This document shows, in pieces, positions 1-9,673 of a DNA stretch of 64,000 nucleotides. The position numbers and the translations under genes were made by a program. The first letter of the stretch is position 1; each line of letters opens with the position of its first letter. The notes under the pieces were generated by a model. The model ran no database searches. It worked only from the letters and a program-made list of their open reading frames with translations, and had not been told where the DNA came from. Source of the DNA: Deltaproteobacteria bacterium (GTDB taxonomy: Bacteria; Desulfobacterota; Deferrimicrobia; Deferrimicrobiales; Deferrimicrobiaceae); the NCBI GenBank assembly GCA_016218975.1, contig JACRCO010000071.1, positions 83,288-147,287 of the forward strand. The letters are read 5' to 3'.

Positions 1-1
1 G

Positions 2-487
2 TTATTGATATCCCGAACGTTTCGATCGCTCCTGCCGGCGCTGCCGGATAAATTCGTCGATGGAAAACCTGCCCGCACCTGTAAAAACCAGCGAGAGGAA
101 CGGAATTAGGTACAGGAGCGCGGGTTCCTTGGCAGCCCAGGACTTCGAGGCGCCCGTCATGAACAACCTGGCCCCTTCCCCCATTGTCCAGGGATCGTTG
201 CTGTGGACGACGGCCGCGGCAACCGTCATCCCGAATATCAAGGGCACTGCGGCAAAACGGGTCGCGAATCCAAATATAACGGACAGGGCGCAAAAGAACT
301 CCGCGAACGTCATAAGCGCCAGGCTAATCCCCTTCCCCAGCCCGATGGGATCGGCGAACTTGTCGAATTGGCCGGCGAGCAGCATCTGCAGTTTCCCCAA
401 GCCATGCGTGAGCATGAATGCGCCGATGCCGACCCGCAGGACCAGCAGACCGATCGAGCTCGCGATGTCATCCCTTTTCTCTTCCAT
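2..487 (-). CDS. DoxX family inner-membrane protein
   Basis: 161-aa ORF with four hydrophobic helices. LLVLRVGIGAFMLTHGLGKL and FAEFFCALSVIFGF segments are typical of the DoxX/DoxD-like family. Confidence 0.75.
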   Translation of the reverse strand: MEEKRDDIASSIGLLVLRVGIGAFMLTHGLGKLQMLLAGQFDKFADPIGLGKGISLALMTFAEFFCALSVIFGFATRFAAVPLIFGMTVAAAVVHSNDPWTMGEGARLFMTGASKSWAAKEPALLYLIPFLSLVFTGAGRFSIDEFIRQRRQERSKRSGYQ

Positions 488-582
488 AACGGCTCCCTCA
501 CGGATTTCGAAGTTTACGTTTCCAGGCTCTTATGATGCGGATACCGCAAGGCAAGGCTCATGTCACATGAGGATGGAAATCC

Positions 583-768
583 TTTAACCCGCTTTTCTCA
601 CCACGGTTCGTCGCGAGGCGGTGGAGACGGGTATGGCTACAAGGCGTCGCGACCGAGGGCACCGCAGGCGTAGTTTACACTACGTCGAGGAGCCCGACCG
701 AGCGCAACGCAGTAGACATGCCCGTATCCGCCGCAGCAGCAGAAGCGTGGTGAGAAAAGCGGGTTAAA
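583..768. repeat. MITE-like / structured-RNA-like palindromic element, copy 1
   Basis: Perfect 23-bp terminal inverted repeat: TTTAACCCGCTTTTCTCACCACG at 583-605 and its reverse complement at 746-768. An inner imperfect stem pairs 618-636 with 716-734 and includes T:G wobbles. A small hairpin lies at 669-684. A related copy sits at 29365-29485. No credible ORF. Confidence 0.6.
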
Positions 769-963
769 CCTTCGAACGGTCCAGATCTGCGCTGACAGAA
801 AGACCCGGTTCGCCTTGATGTTCCCCCGATTTATCTTGAGCAAAAAAGCGAATGAAAATAATATATTGTGGATTTTTAAAATAGTTATTTATGGGTATAC
901 TTTTACGCGCAAATTGATTATAAACAACTCCTGTAACGATCCAATTTCCCATCAGAGGCCCAC

Positions 964-1968
964 ATGATACGCGGGTATCCTCCGATGAACGCATGGAAGA
1001 GTGTTCTCCCGCCGCTTTTGCTAATTGTTGTCAATCTGCTGTTCGTCCTCACCATTGTTTCCTCATGCAAGCCTCAGGCGAAAAACGGTTACCTGATCGG
1101 CTATATCAATCCCAACCCGGAAGAAACGGAAGGCGCGCAAGGATTTCTGCGCAATATGCCCGCATTCGGATACATCGAGGGGAAGAACGTCACCTACATC
1201 AAATTCGAAAAGAGAGACCATAAGGAGATCGAGGCCGCGGCGAAGGATATGGTCGCGAAGAAAGCCGACCTGATTTTCACCATGACGACGCCCGCCGCGA
1301 AACTGGCCAAGAAAGCCGTCGAAGGAACGAAAATCCCGATCGTCTTCGTCATGTACGACGCGATCGAATCCGGCGTGGTGGAAAGCATGGTAAAGCACGG
1401 CGGCAACATTACAGGCGTGCAGCTGACCGGAAGCACCCGCAAGGCGCTGGATTGGCTGCTCGCGATTTCCCCCCGTGCGAGGAATATCTTCGTCCCCGTC
1501 TGCTTCGACACGGGGGCTGCGCGCCATAGCCTCGAAGATCTCAAAAAAGCCGCCGCTCACGCAGGCCTCAAGGTGACCGTTTCGGAGGTCGACACCCTGG
1601 AAAAATTGCGGAAGTCGCTCTCCGCGATGCCCGCGGACGCCGGAGCCGTTTTCATACTTCATTCCTGGCTAATCGGCTCCAACATGGAGACTATTCTCGA
1701 TTCCGCGAAAAAGCGGAACATCCCCGTCATCTCGGCGGGGCATGTGAACTTCGACGGAGGCGTGGTTTTTTCCTACGGACCTCTCGACGACCGGACCGGG
1801 ATGCAGGCCGCCAGGCTGGCGCACGGAATCCTTAAAGGGGCTTCTCCCCGCGACCTGCCGGTGGAAACTTCGGATTTCTACCTCGGTATCAACCTGAAGA
1901 GCGCAAATGCGCTTGGAGTAAAAATCCCGGACGACGTACTGCAGCAGGCCGACTACATCATTCGTTAA
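964..1968 (+). CDS. Periplasmic solute-binding protein, ABC_sub_bind-like, probably sensor-associated
   Basis: 334 aa with an N-terminal signal/lipobox-like VSSC. The YINPNPEE...GYIEGKNV...KKADLIFTMTTPAA...IPIVF pattern is typical of the ABC_sub_bind family. It lies 10 bp upstream of a histidine kinase. Confidence 0.75.
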   Translation: MIRGYPPMNAWKSVLPPLLLIVVNLLFVLTIVSSCKPQAKNGYLIGYINPNPEETEGAQGFLRNMPAFGYIEGKNVTYIKFEKRDHKEIEAAAKDMVAKKADLIFTMTTPAAKLAKKAVEGTKIPIVFVMYDAIESGVVESMVKHGGNITGVQLTGSTRKALDWLLAISPRARNIFVPVCFDTGAARHSLEDLKKAAAHAGLKVTVSEVDTLEKLRKSLSAMPADAGAVFILHSWLIGSNMETILDSAKKRNIPVISAGHVNFDGGVVFSYGPLDDRTGMQAARLAHGILKGASPRDLPVETSDFYLGINLKSANALGVKIPDDVLQQADYIIR

Positions 1969-1977
1969 GGACGGCGC

Positions 1978-4605
1978 GTGACTCACCTCATGAGGAACAG
2001 CATCAGGAAGCGCCTGACCATCACCTTCATCGGGCTTTCCATCTTACCCGTATTGCTTCTCGGCGGGTTCCTTTTATGGCAAAACCTCGAAATGCAGCTT
2101 CAGGAAGCCGAGGAAATGCAGGCGAAGCTGACGAAGATGGCCGCCCACGAACTGCAAACCCATATCCACGGGCTCGAATCACTACTGATCTCCTTCACCA
2201 GGATCACCCGTGTGATGGAAGCGGAGCGCAAACAGCAGCGACTCATGATTTCGAAGCTTCTCTTTTCCGCAAACGATAAATACCGCAGGGACATTTTCCA
2301 TGAGATCGTGCTTCTCGACAACCGCGGGAGGGAGCTGGCGCACGTTTCGCGGGATCGGGTGGTGGCGGACGCCGAGCTCGGCGACAGGTCGAAAGCCGAA
2401 GAATTCGCGAAGCCGTCGAAGGGCCGGGAAGTCCATTACAGCCCCGTGTTCTTCGACGAGCGGACCGGCGAGCCCCGCATGAATCTCGGCGTGCCTATCG
2501 TGGATGTCCGGAGCGCGCAGGTAAAGGGCGTTCTCGTAGCGGCGATCAACCTGAAATTCATGATCGAGGTACTGGAAGACCTGAAAATCGGAGAGACGGG
2601 AATCGCCTACGTCGTTGCGGAAGACGGAAGGGTGGTCGTTCATCCGAATCTTTCCGTGGTCTTAAGGGGAACCTACCTGAAAAGGGCCGAACGGTCCGGC
2701 ATACACAATGGGATACAGGGGACGAAATCCCTGCTTGCGTACGATACCATGCGGGTCGGAGGCCAGGAATTCCGCATCGTAACCGAGCTGCCGATCGCCG
2801 AAGCGGGAAAATACGCCGCCCGCTCCCTGGTCGCCATACTGATCTTCCTCGCCGCGACGCTGGCGGGCGCGATCGCGGTCGGCGTCGCCCTCGTCCGCCA
2901 GATCATCAGTCCGCTCGAATCCCTGTCGGGAATCGCCAAGGCTATCGGCAAGGGCGATTATTCGCAATCCGTCACGATCGAAAGGGACGACGAAATCGGC
3001 GCGCTCTCGAAAGCGTTCGGAGTCATGACTTCAAGGCTGATCGAAACGATCAACACTCTCAAGCGCCAGATGGCCGAACTGCGACAGGCGGACGAGCGGA
3101 TCACGCAGCAGCACGATCTCCTGAAAAACGTCATGAACTCCCTCACGCATCCGTTTTACGTGATCGACGCGATGCGCCACACCATCGTCATGGCGAACAC
3201 CGCCGCCCACTTCGGCGAGCTCACGGAACAAACGAAATGTTACAAAATGACCCATCACCGGGATTCCCCGTGCGAAGGGGACGACCATCCCTGCACGATA
3301 CGGGAGGTGACGAACAACCGGAGGCCGGTGGTACTGGAGCATTACCACCACAATTCCACCGAAAAGCCGAAATATTACGAGGTGTACGGCTACCCGATCT
3401 TCGACGGGCAGGGGAACGTCGCCCAGGTCATCGAATACACGCTGGATATAACGAACAAGAAAAAGCTGGAGAAGCAATTCCTGCAGGCGCAGAAGATGGA
3501 GGCGGTCGGCCAGCTCGCGGGAGGCATCGCCCACGACTTCAACAACCTGTTGTCGGCCATCATCGGCTACAGCGAAATGGCGCTTGAGGAACTTGCCCCC
3601 AACCACCCCGCACGTGAAAAGATCCGGACGATCAACAACGCCGGGGAGAAAGCCGCAACGCTCACGAGGCAGCTCCTTGCCTTCAGCCGGAAACAGATCC
3701 TCGAACTGAAAGCGGTGAGCCTCAACTCCATCGTGGAAAACATGACGAAGCTCCTTCATCGCGTGATCGGCGAGGATATCCATCTCGAAATCAACCTGAA
3801 CCCTTCCCTCGAAAACGTGAAGGCGGACGCCGGCCAGATCGAGCAGGTGCTGATGAACCTTGCGGTGAACGCCAGGGACGCGATGCCGGACGGCGGACGG
3901 CTGATCATCGAAACCGAAAACGTCGAGCTGGACGAGGAATACGCGAAGGCCCGCGAGGGAGTCGCGCCGGGTTCGTATGCGATGCTTTCCGTGACGGACA
4001 CGGGGATGGGCATGAGCCGCGATGTGCTGGAAAACATTTTCGAGCCGTTCTTCACGACCAAGGGGGAAAAAGGGACGGGGCTCGGTTTGTCCACGATCTA
4101 CGGGATCGTGAAGCAGCACGACGGGAGCATAGGCGTTTACAGCGAGCCGAACGTCGGGACTACGTTCAAAATCTATATCCCCTCCACGGGCGAAGCCGGG
4201 GAGGATGCGGCGCCAGGCGAATTCGAAATCCGGCTTACGGGTTCCGAAACGATCCTGGTGGTCGACGACGAGCCGTCCATACGGAAATTGATCGTAAGCA
4301 CGCTCCAGCCGCTGGGGTTCAATCTCCTCGAAGCCGGCGACGGCGTGGAAGCGCTCGAATCAAGCAGGTCCGTCAAGGGGACGATCGACCTCCTGATCAC
4401 CGACATCATCATGCCGGAGATGAACGGGATCGAACTGGCGGGAATCATCAGGAAAGAACGGCCGGATATCCTGGTGATCTACACGTCGGGATACACGAAC
4501 AGCACGATACTGAAACAGGAGATTTTCGACGACCGAACGAGTTTCCTTCAGAAACCGATCTCGCCAAAACGCCTCATGGCGAAGCTGAAGACCGTACTGG
4601 GGTGA
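1978..4605 (+). CDS. Hybrid sensor histidine kinase (TM-Cache-TM-HAMP-PAS-HisKA-HATPase-REC)
   Basis: 875 aa. H-box GGIAHDFNNLL, N/G boxes (NLAVNARDAM, DTGMGM, GTGLGLS) and a C-terminal receiver (ILVVDDEP...DLLITDIIMPEMNG...QKP). GTG start. Confidence 0.9.
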   Translation: MTHLMRNSIRKRLTITFIGLSILPVLLLGGFLLWQNLEMQLQEAEEMQAKLTKMAAHELQTHIHGLESLLISFTRITRVMEAERKQQRLMISKLLFSANDKYRRDIFHEIVLLDNRGRELAHVSRDRVVADAELGDRSKAEEFAKPSKGREVHYSPVFFDERTGEPRMNLGVPIVDVRSAQVKGVLVAAINLKFMIEVLEDLKIGETGIAYVVAEDGRVVVHPNLSVVLRGTYLKRAERSGIHNGIQGTKSLLAYDTMRVGGQEFRIVTELPIAEAGKYAARSLVAILIFLAATLAGAIAVGVALVRQIISPLESLSGIAKAIGKGDYSQSVTIERDDEIGALSKAFGVMTSRLIETINTLKRQMAELRQADERITQQHDLLKNVMNSLTHPFYVIDAMRHTIVMANTAAHFGELTEQTKCYKMTHHRDSPCEGDDHPCTIREVTNNRRPVVLEHYHHNSTEKPKYYEVYGYPIFDGQGNVAQVIEYTLDITNKKKLEKQFLQAQKMEAVGQLAGGIAHDFNNLLSAIIGYSEMALEELAPNHPAREKIRTINNAGEKAATLTRQLLAFSRKQILELKAVSLNSIVENMTKLLHRVIGEDIHLEINLNPSLENVKADAGQIEQVLMNLAVNARDAMPDGGRLIIETENVELDEEYAKAREGVAPGSYAMLSVTDTGMGMSRDVLENIFEPFFTTKGEKGTGLGLSTIYGIVKQHDGSIGVYSEPNVGTTFKIYIPSTGEAGEDAAPGEFEIRLTGSETILVVDDEPSIRKLIVSTLQPLGFNLLEAGDGVEALESSRSVKGTIDLLITDIIMPEMNGIELAGIIRKERPDILVIYTSGYTNSTILKQEIFDDRTSFLQKPISPKRLMAKLKTVLG

Positions 4606-4614
4606 TGACCGGTC

Positions 4615-4860
4615 CTATATGGGGATATTCCGCCCCTTGAGATAATGCGGGCTGGCGTAAAATTCGCACTTCATGCAGTTTCCGAGTTTCTTCGCGAAAG
4701 TTCCCTGGACGACGCCTCCGCAAAGAGTGCCTGCCACCCTCGCGCAGAGCCTGCCGTTGTTCGGGTATGCCGGACAGACTCCCAAATCGCCGGCCCTTGC
4801 CCCCCCGGCTTCCCTTCCGCATTTCCTGAATTCCCAACAATTCACCGTATAACCCCGCAA
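4615..4860 (-). CDS. Small Cys-rich protein resembling the two-CW domain
   Basis: 81 aa with NCWEFRKCGRE...GVCPA...CARVAGTLCGG...C..CEFY spacing, like the two-CW domain-containing proteins annotated in anaerobic deltaproteobacteria-like genomes. Recognised from memory only. Confidence 0.55.
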   Translation of the reverse strand: MRGYTVNCWEFRKCGREAGGARAGDLGVCPAYPNNGRLCARVAGTLCGGVVQGTFAKKLGNCMKCEFYASPHYLKGRNIPI

Positions 4861-5059
4861 TGCGTGTTTCCCCCTTCATATCATCGGATGAACGAGGCAA
4901 GCCTTTAACACTTTAAGTCAGGAAGACCGCTGAGCACACACATCCTCCATCTTGAAAGGAAGCATATGCACCATCAGGTTACAGATAGGTTACACATTCG
5001 ATAAAATCGTGATTTGCATATTGAAATCAAAGGGGTATAGTTGTCGATAAGACGAAATT

Positions 5060-5593
5060 ATGGGCGGCCGTAACGTGAACGGCGATTGCGCATGGTGCGG
5101 AAGTCCTTTAGCCCCTGTAGACAAAACGGCGGATGAAATCATCACCCACTGTTTTTGCCGGGGCTGCAGGGAAGATCTGTTTACAAGGCAGGAGTCCTGC
5201 TCCCTCCAGGAATACCTCGACAGGTTGAACATCCCGATCCTGCTGCTGAACAGCGATGCGGGAATCGTCACCGGCAACCACGCCGCCTGCAAAAACCTGG
5301 GCATAGACCATCGGCACGTCGACGGACGCCGGTGGGGCGATGCGATCGAGTGCATCAATTCGCGGCTGCCGGGCGGGTGCGGAAAATCGGTTCACTGCCG
5401 CATCTGCACCGTCCGCGCAACGGTAACCGACACGTATCTCACATCGCAGAACCATTACCAGGTTCGCGCATTTGCCGATTGCGCCACGCCGGAAGGCGTC
5501 CGTAAAATCCGTTTCCTGATTTCAACGGAAAAGTTGGGGGACCTTGTGCTGCTACGGATCGACGCGTTCGAAGGGAAAAAATCCGCCCGCTGA
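5060..5593 (+). CDS. Cys-rich hypothetical protein (zinc-ribbon-like N-terminus plus PAS-like fold with a Cys cluster)
   Basis: 177 aa. CAWCGSP...CFCRGC at the N-terminus, and ECINSRLPGGCGKSVHCRIC in the body. This frame has protein-like composition, unlike the overlapping Arg/Pro-rich frames. The RBS is weak. Confidence 0.5.
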   Translation: MGGRNVNGDCAWCGSPLAPVDKTADEIITHCFCRGCREDLFTRQESCSLQEYLDRLNIPILLLNSDAGIVTGNHAACKNLGIDHRHVDGRRWGDAIECINSRLPGGCGKSVHCRICTVRATVTDTYLTSQNHYQVRAFADCATPEGVRKIRFLISTEKLGDLVLLRIDAFEGKKSAR

Positions 5594-5754
5594 ATCTCAA
5601 CCGCCTTAAGATGGCTTTTCCTCCCCCGACAATGCCAAGATCATCGCCTGTCGATTTTCCCCTTGTGCAGTCCGCCACCAACGGATAATTTATTGAATTC
5701 AGACGTTTTAACCGGGTTCGAAGCATTACCGATAACTTCGGGGGGAGGGATGGC

Positions 5755-6921
5755 ATGAAGAAGACGGCTTTGCTTTTTGCGCTTTCTTTGGCTGTCGCCA
5801 TGGTATTTTCGGGCTGCGCCGATACTTCGGGGCCGACCGTCAAGGTCGGAGTGATCGCGGAACTTACCGGAGACATTCCCGCGGTCGGGGCGTCGTGCAG
5901 AAACGCCGCGGAACTGGCCGCCAGGGAAATAAACGATGCCGGCGGTCTCGACCTGGGCGGCAAGAAATACAAGATCAAGCTCTTCATCGAGGACAACGCG
6001 GGAAAGGCCGAACAGTCCGTCTCGGCCGCGCAGAAACTTATCACTCAGAACGACGTCGTTGCGATCGTCGGACCCAACGCCAGCAGGTACGCGGTCCCGG
6101 CGTCGGAAATCGCCGAAAGCTCCAAGGTGGTGTTGATTACTCCCTGGTCGACGACGCCGAAGACGACGCTGGACGCAAGGACGGGCGCTTCCAAGAAGTA
6201 CATCTTCCGCGCATGCTTCACGGATCCTTTCCAGGGCCGCGTCGTGGCGCGGTTCGCGCTGGAAAACCTGAAGGCGAAGAAGGCCGCCGTCCTTTACGAC
6301 GTCGCCTCGGAGTACAACAAGGGTATCGCGGAAATATTCAAATCGGCGTTCGAGGAAAAGGGCGGCAAGGTGGTCGCCTTCGAGACGTACACGACTAACG
6401 ACAAGGACTTCTCCGCGCAGCTGACCAAGATAAAGAAAGCCGGACCGGAGGTCGTGTTCCTTCCCAACTATTACAGCGAGGTCCCGCTTCAGGTACAGCA
6501 GGCCCATCGCCTCGGGATCAAGGTCCCGTTCATCGGCAGCGATTCGTGGGGAAGCGAGGAGCTTGTCAAGCTGGCAGGCAAGGATGTAGAGGGCTACTAC
6601 TTCAGCACCCATTACGCGGCCGACGCCGCCACCCCCGCCGCCACGAAATTCATCCAGGCGTACAAGGCGAAGTACAACACCACGCCGGACGACGTCGCAG
6701 CCCTCACGTATGACGCATTCGGGCTGCTTATCCAGGCGGTCAAAAGCGCGGGGAAAACGGACCGGCAGGCCGTCCGCGACGCACTTGCGAAGATCCCCGG
6801 TTACGAGGGCGTGACGGGGAACATGCAGTTCAAGGAAGGGTCCGGCGACCCGATCAAGAGCGCCGTTATCCTCAAGATCAAGGACGGAAAGTTTGCCTGG
6901 TTTGCAAACGCGAATCCCTGA
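5755..6921 (+). CDS. livJ: Branched-chain amino-acid ABC transporter substrate-binding protein
   Basis: 388 aa with a lipoprotein-type signal (FSGC). VKVGVIAELTGDIPAVG...VVAIVGPNASRYAVP is typical of the LivJ/LivK periplasmic binding fold. Followed by livHMGF. Confidence 0.85.
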   Translation: MKKTALLFALSLAVAMVFSGCADTSGPTVKVGVIAELTGDIPAVGASCRNAAELAAREINDAGGLDLGGKKYKIKLFIEDNAGKAEQSVSAAQKLITQNDVVAIVGPNASRYAVPASEIAESSKVVLITPWSTTPKTTLDARTGASKKYIFRACFTDPFQGRVVARFALENLKAKKAAVLYDVASEYNKGIAEIFKSAFEEKGGKVVAFETYTTNDKDFSAQLTKIKKAGPEVVFLPNYYSEVPLQVQQAHRLGIKVPFIGSDSWGSEELVKLAGKDVEGYYFSTHYAADAATPAATKFIQAYKAKYNTTPDDVAALTYDAFGLLIQAVKSAGKTDRQAVRDALAKIPGYEGVTGNMQFKEGSGDPIKSAVILKIKDGKFAWFANANP

Positions 6922-7000
6922 CGGATTCGGGACGGGCGCGCCGATTCTCTTAAGCGGCGCGCCTTCCCTGCATCGATAACGCCCGCAGCCCGCACGCCGC

Positions 7001-7876
7001 ATGAACTATCTTCTTCAGCAGTTGCTCAACGCTCTCCAGCTGGGGAGCATCTACGCCCTCATCGCGCTCGGCTACACGATGGTCTACGGCATCCTCACCA
7101 TGATCAATTTCGCCCACGGCGACCTCTTCATGATCGGCGCCTTCCTCTGCTTCCTCGCGGGAGTCACCCTCGGCCTCCCGTTCGTGCCGACCCTGCTTTT
7201 GTCCATGGCGGGCGCGGCGATGCTCGGCGCGGTGATAGAGCGCCTCGCGTATAAACCGCTCCGCAACGCCCCCCGGGTTTCCCCCATCATCACGGCGCTC
7301 GGTGTGGGGCTCTTCCTCGAGAACTTCACGCTGGCGCTCAATCCGTATCCCAAGCACATCGCGCCGCTTCTTCCCACGCACATCTGGACGGTGGGGGGTG
7401 TTTCCGTCTCTTCTCTCCAGGCGATCATCATCGTCCTCTCGATCTTCCTCATGGTGCTGCTGGATCTCTATGTGAACCGGACGATGACGGGGATGGCAAT
7501 GCGGGCGATTTCCTGGGACAGGGCCAATGCCGCCCTCATGGGCCTGCCGGTGGACGGGATAATTTCAGCCACGTTCGCCATCGGGGCGGGCCTGGGCGGA
7601 GCCGCGGGCGTCATGTACGGCCTGGCCTACCCGGTCATCGACCCGTACATGGGCATCATGGTCGGTTGGAAGGCGTTCATCTCCGCCGTGGTCGGAGGCA
7701 TCGGCAGCATCCACGGTGCGATGCTGGGCGGGTTCCTCCTCGGGGCGGTCGAAGTTCTCGTGGCGGCCTACTTCCCGTCGACCTTCCGGGATTTCGTTTC
7801 GTTTTCACTGTTGCTGGTGCTGCTGGTGGGCAGGCCGTATGGAATACTGGGCAAGCCCAGGCCGCAGAAGGTTTGA
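7001..7876 (+). CDS. livH: Branched-chain amino-acid ABC permease
   Basis: 291 aa. N-terminal LLQQLLNALQLGSIYALIALGYTMVYGIL is the LivH signature, and the protein is polytopic. Confidence 0.9.
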   Translation: MNYLLQQLLNALQLGSIYALIALGYTMVYGILTMINFAHGDLFMIGAFLCFLAGVTLGLPFVPTLLLSMAGAAMLGAVIERLAYKPLRNAPRVSPIITALGVGLFLENFTLALNPYPKHIAPLLPTHIWTVGGVSVSSLQAIIIVLSIFLMVLLDLYVNRTMTGMAMRAISWDRANAALMGLPVDGIISATFAIGAGLGGAAGVMYGLAYPVIDPYMGIMVGWKAFISAVVGGIGSIHGAMLGGFLLGAVEVLVAAYFPSTFRDFVSFSLLLVLLVGRPYGILGKPRPQKV

Positions 7877-7878
7877 CG

Positions 7879-8922
7879 GTGGAGAGCGCAAGCGGACAAG
7901 GAAGATTCCGGGGCATCGTCCGGGGCCTCGCGGACAGCCGGCGGGCGGCGCGCGTCTGCCTTTTCCTTGGTTTCCTTCTCTCGTTCGCAATCCCGCGCTT
8001 CGGGCTGCTGGACCAGTACGTGCAGCTTATCCTCATGTACGTCGGCATCAACGTCATCCTGGCTGCGAGCCTCAACCTGGTAAACGGTTACATGGGTGAG
8101 TTCTCGGTCGGCCATGCGGGCTTCATGGCGGCAGGGGCCTACCTTTCATCCATGCTGACGATCTTTTCGTTTCCCCCCGGCTTGTCGGAATGGCTGTTTC
8201 CGCTGGCGGTCTTCGCCGGAGGGGCGGGCGCGGCGCTGATCGGGCTGTTGGTGGCGGTCCCCTCGTTCCGGACGAGGGGAGATTATCTCGCCATCGTCAC
8301 GCTGGCTTTCAACATGATCGTGAAATCGGTACTTGAAAACATCGACGCTGTCGGCGGCCCGCGGGGGGTCCTGGGCATCCAGAGGATGACCACGTTGCCG
8401 TGGATCTTCTTCTGGACGGTCTCGGCGATCTGGGTGATCCGGAACTTCGTCTATTCCAATCACGGCAGGGGGGTCCTTTCCATACGCGAGGACGAGACCG
8501 CCGGGGAGCTGATGGGCGTCGACACCCGGCGTGTCAAACTGCTGGCGTTCGTCGTTTCCGCATTCTTCGCGGGAGTGGCGGGCGGGCTCTTCGCGCACCT
8601 GATACAGTTCATCAACCCCAGGATGTTCGACATCCTGAAATCCACCGACGTCCTCATCATGGTCTACCTCGGCGGCATCGGGTCGATCGCGGGCTCGATA
8701 CTCGGGGCGACGATCTACACGGTCTTGCTGGAGCTTCTCCGTCCTCTCGAAATCTGGCGGATGGTCCTGATGCCGCTGATGCTCGTGCTGCTCATGATCT
8801 TCCGCCCGCGGGGAATCATGGGGCTGAGGGAGTTCCGATGGTTCGTGCCCGCCCGTGAATGGGCCGCCTCCGTCGCGAGGATACGGGCGGGAAGGGGGGC
8901 CGATGCATCTACTCAAGGCTGA
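7879..8922 (+). CDS. livM: Branched-chain amino-acid ABC permease
   Basis: LivM-like core (GINVILAASLNLVNGYMGEFSVGHAGFMAAGAY). The ORF track starts at 7666 inside livH. I place the start at the in-frame GTG at 7879, just after the livH stop and behind GAAGG. Confidence 0.8.
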   Translation: MESASGQGRFRGIVRGLADSRRAARVCLFLGFLLSFAIPRFGLLDQYVQLILMYVGINVILAASLNLVNGYMGEFSVGHAGFMAAGAYLSSMLTIFSFPPGLSEWLFPLAVFAGGAGAALIGLLVAVPSFRTRGDYLAIVTLAFNMIVKSVLENIDAVGGPRGVLGIQRMTTLPWIFFWTVSAIWVIRNFVYSNHGRGVLSIREDETAGELMGVDTRRVKLLAFVVSAFFAGVAGGLFAHLIQFINPRMFDILKSTDVLIMVYLGGIGSIAGSILGATIYTVLLELLRPLEIWRMVLMPLMLVLLMIFRPRGIMGLREFRWFVPAREWAASVARIRAGRGADASTQG

Positions 8923-9673
8923 GCGGCTCACCCATCGTTTCGGAGGCCTGACGGCCTTGTCCGATTTCCGCCTCTCGCTCGAGCGGGGCGAGCTGGTCGG
9001 CCTCATCGGTCCGAACGGAGCGGGAAAGACTACCGTGTTCAACCTGATTACGGGAGTCCATCCCCCATCGGAAGGAAGCATCCTGTTCGAAGGAAAGGAG
9101 ATAACCGGAAAACTCCCGAACCGGATCACCGCGATGGGAATCGCTCGGACGTTCCAGAACATCCGGCTCTTCCGCGACCTTACCGTGCTGGACAACGTCC
9201 GCACCGCCTTCTACGCCCAGGTGGAGTACGGCGCCGTCGAGGGGCTGTTCCGGTTCGGGCGGTTCTCACGGGAAGAGGAGCGAATCGCAAGAAGGGCGAT
9301 GGTGCTGCTGGATGCGTTCGGCTTGCGCGAGTGGGCGGACGTGCAGGCGAAAAACCTTCCTTACGGTCTGCAGCGCCGCCTGGAGATAGCCCGCGCGCTG
9401 GCGACCGGCCCCCGCCTGCTGCTGCTCGACGAGCCGGCGGCCGGGATGAACCCGAACGAGATCCTTTTGCTCATGGATTTCATCCGATGGATACGGAAGG
9501 AATTCGACCTGACGATCCTGCTCATCGAGCACCAGATGCCGCTCGTGATGGGGATCTGCGAGCGGATAGTCGTGCTCGATTTCGGCGCCACTATTGCCGA
9601 GGGAACTCCGAAGGAGATCCAGAAACACCCGCGCGTGCTTGAAGCATACCTGGGCGACGAGACGAAGCCATGA
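8903..9673 (+). CDS. livG: Branched-chain amino-acid ABC ATPase
   Basis: Walker A GPNGAGKTT, signature LPYGLQRRLEIARAL, Walker B LLLLDEPAAG. ATG at 8903 behind a GGGGGG RBS. Confidence 0.9.
   Translation: MHLLKAERLTHRFGGLTALSDFRLSLERGELVGLIGPNGAGKTTVFNLITGVHPPSEGSILFEGKEITGKLPNRITAMGIARTFQNIRLFRDLTVLDNVRTAFYAQVEYGAVEGLFRFGRFSREEERIARRAMVLLDAFGLREWADVQAKNLPYGLQRRLEIARALATGPRLLLLDEPAAGMNPNEILLLMDFIRWIRKEFDLTILLIEHQMPLVMGICERIVVLDFGATIAEGTPKEIQKHPRVLEAYLGDETKP

Noticed and set aside
583-768. The palindromic element as a known riboswitch or RNA gene (c-di-GMP/GEMM, Moco, tRNA, retron msr-msd)
   Set aside because: I could not find the conserved cores of those RNAs by eye. No reverse transcriptase lies nearby for a retron, and there is no cloverleaf. 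It is left as an unclassified MITE-like or structured element.
5641-7002. 453-aa minus-strand ORF opposite livJ
   Set aside because: It is antisense to a clear LivJ-type binding protein, with no motifs and an Arg/Gly-rich composition.
7666-7878. N-terminal extension of the livM ORF overlapping livH by 211 nt
   Set aside because: The extension is Arg/Gly/Pro-rich and lies within the livH coding sequence. An in-frame GTG at 7879, right after the livH stop, gives a normal LivM N-terminus.
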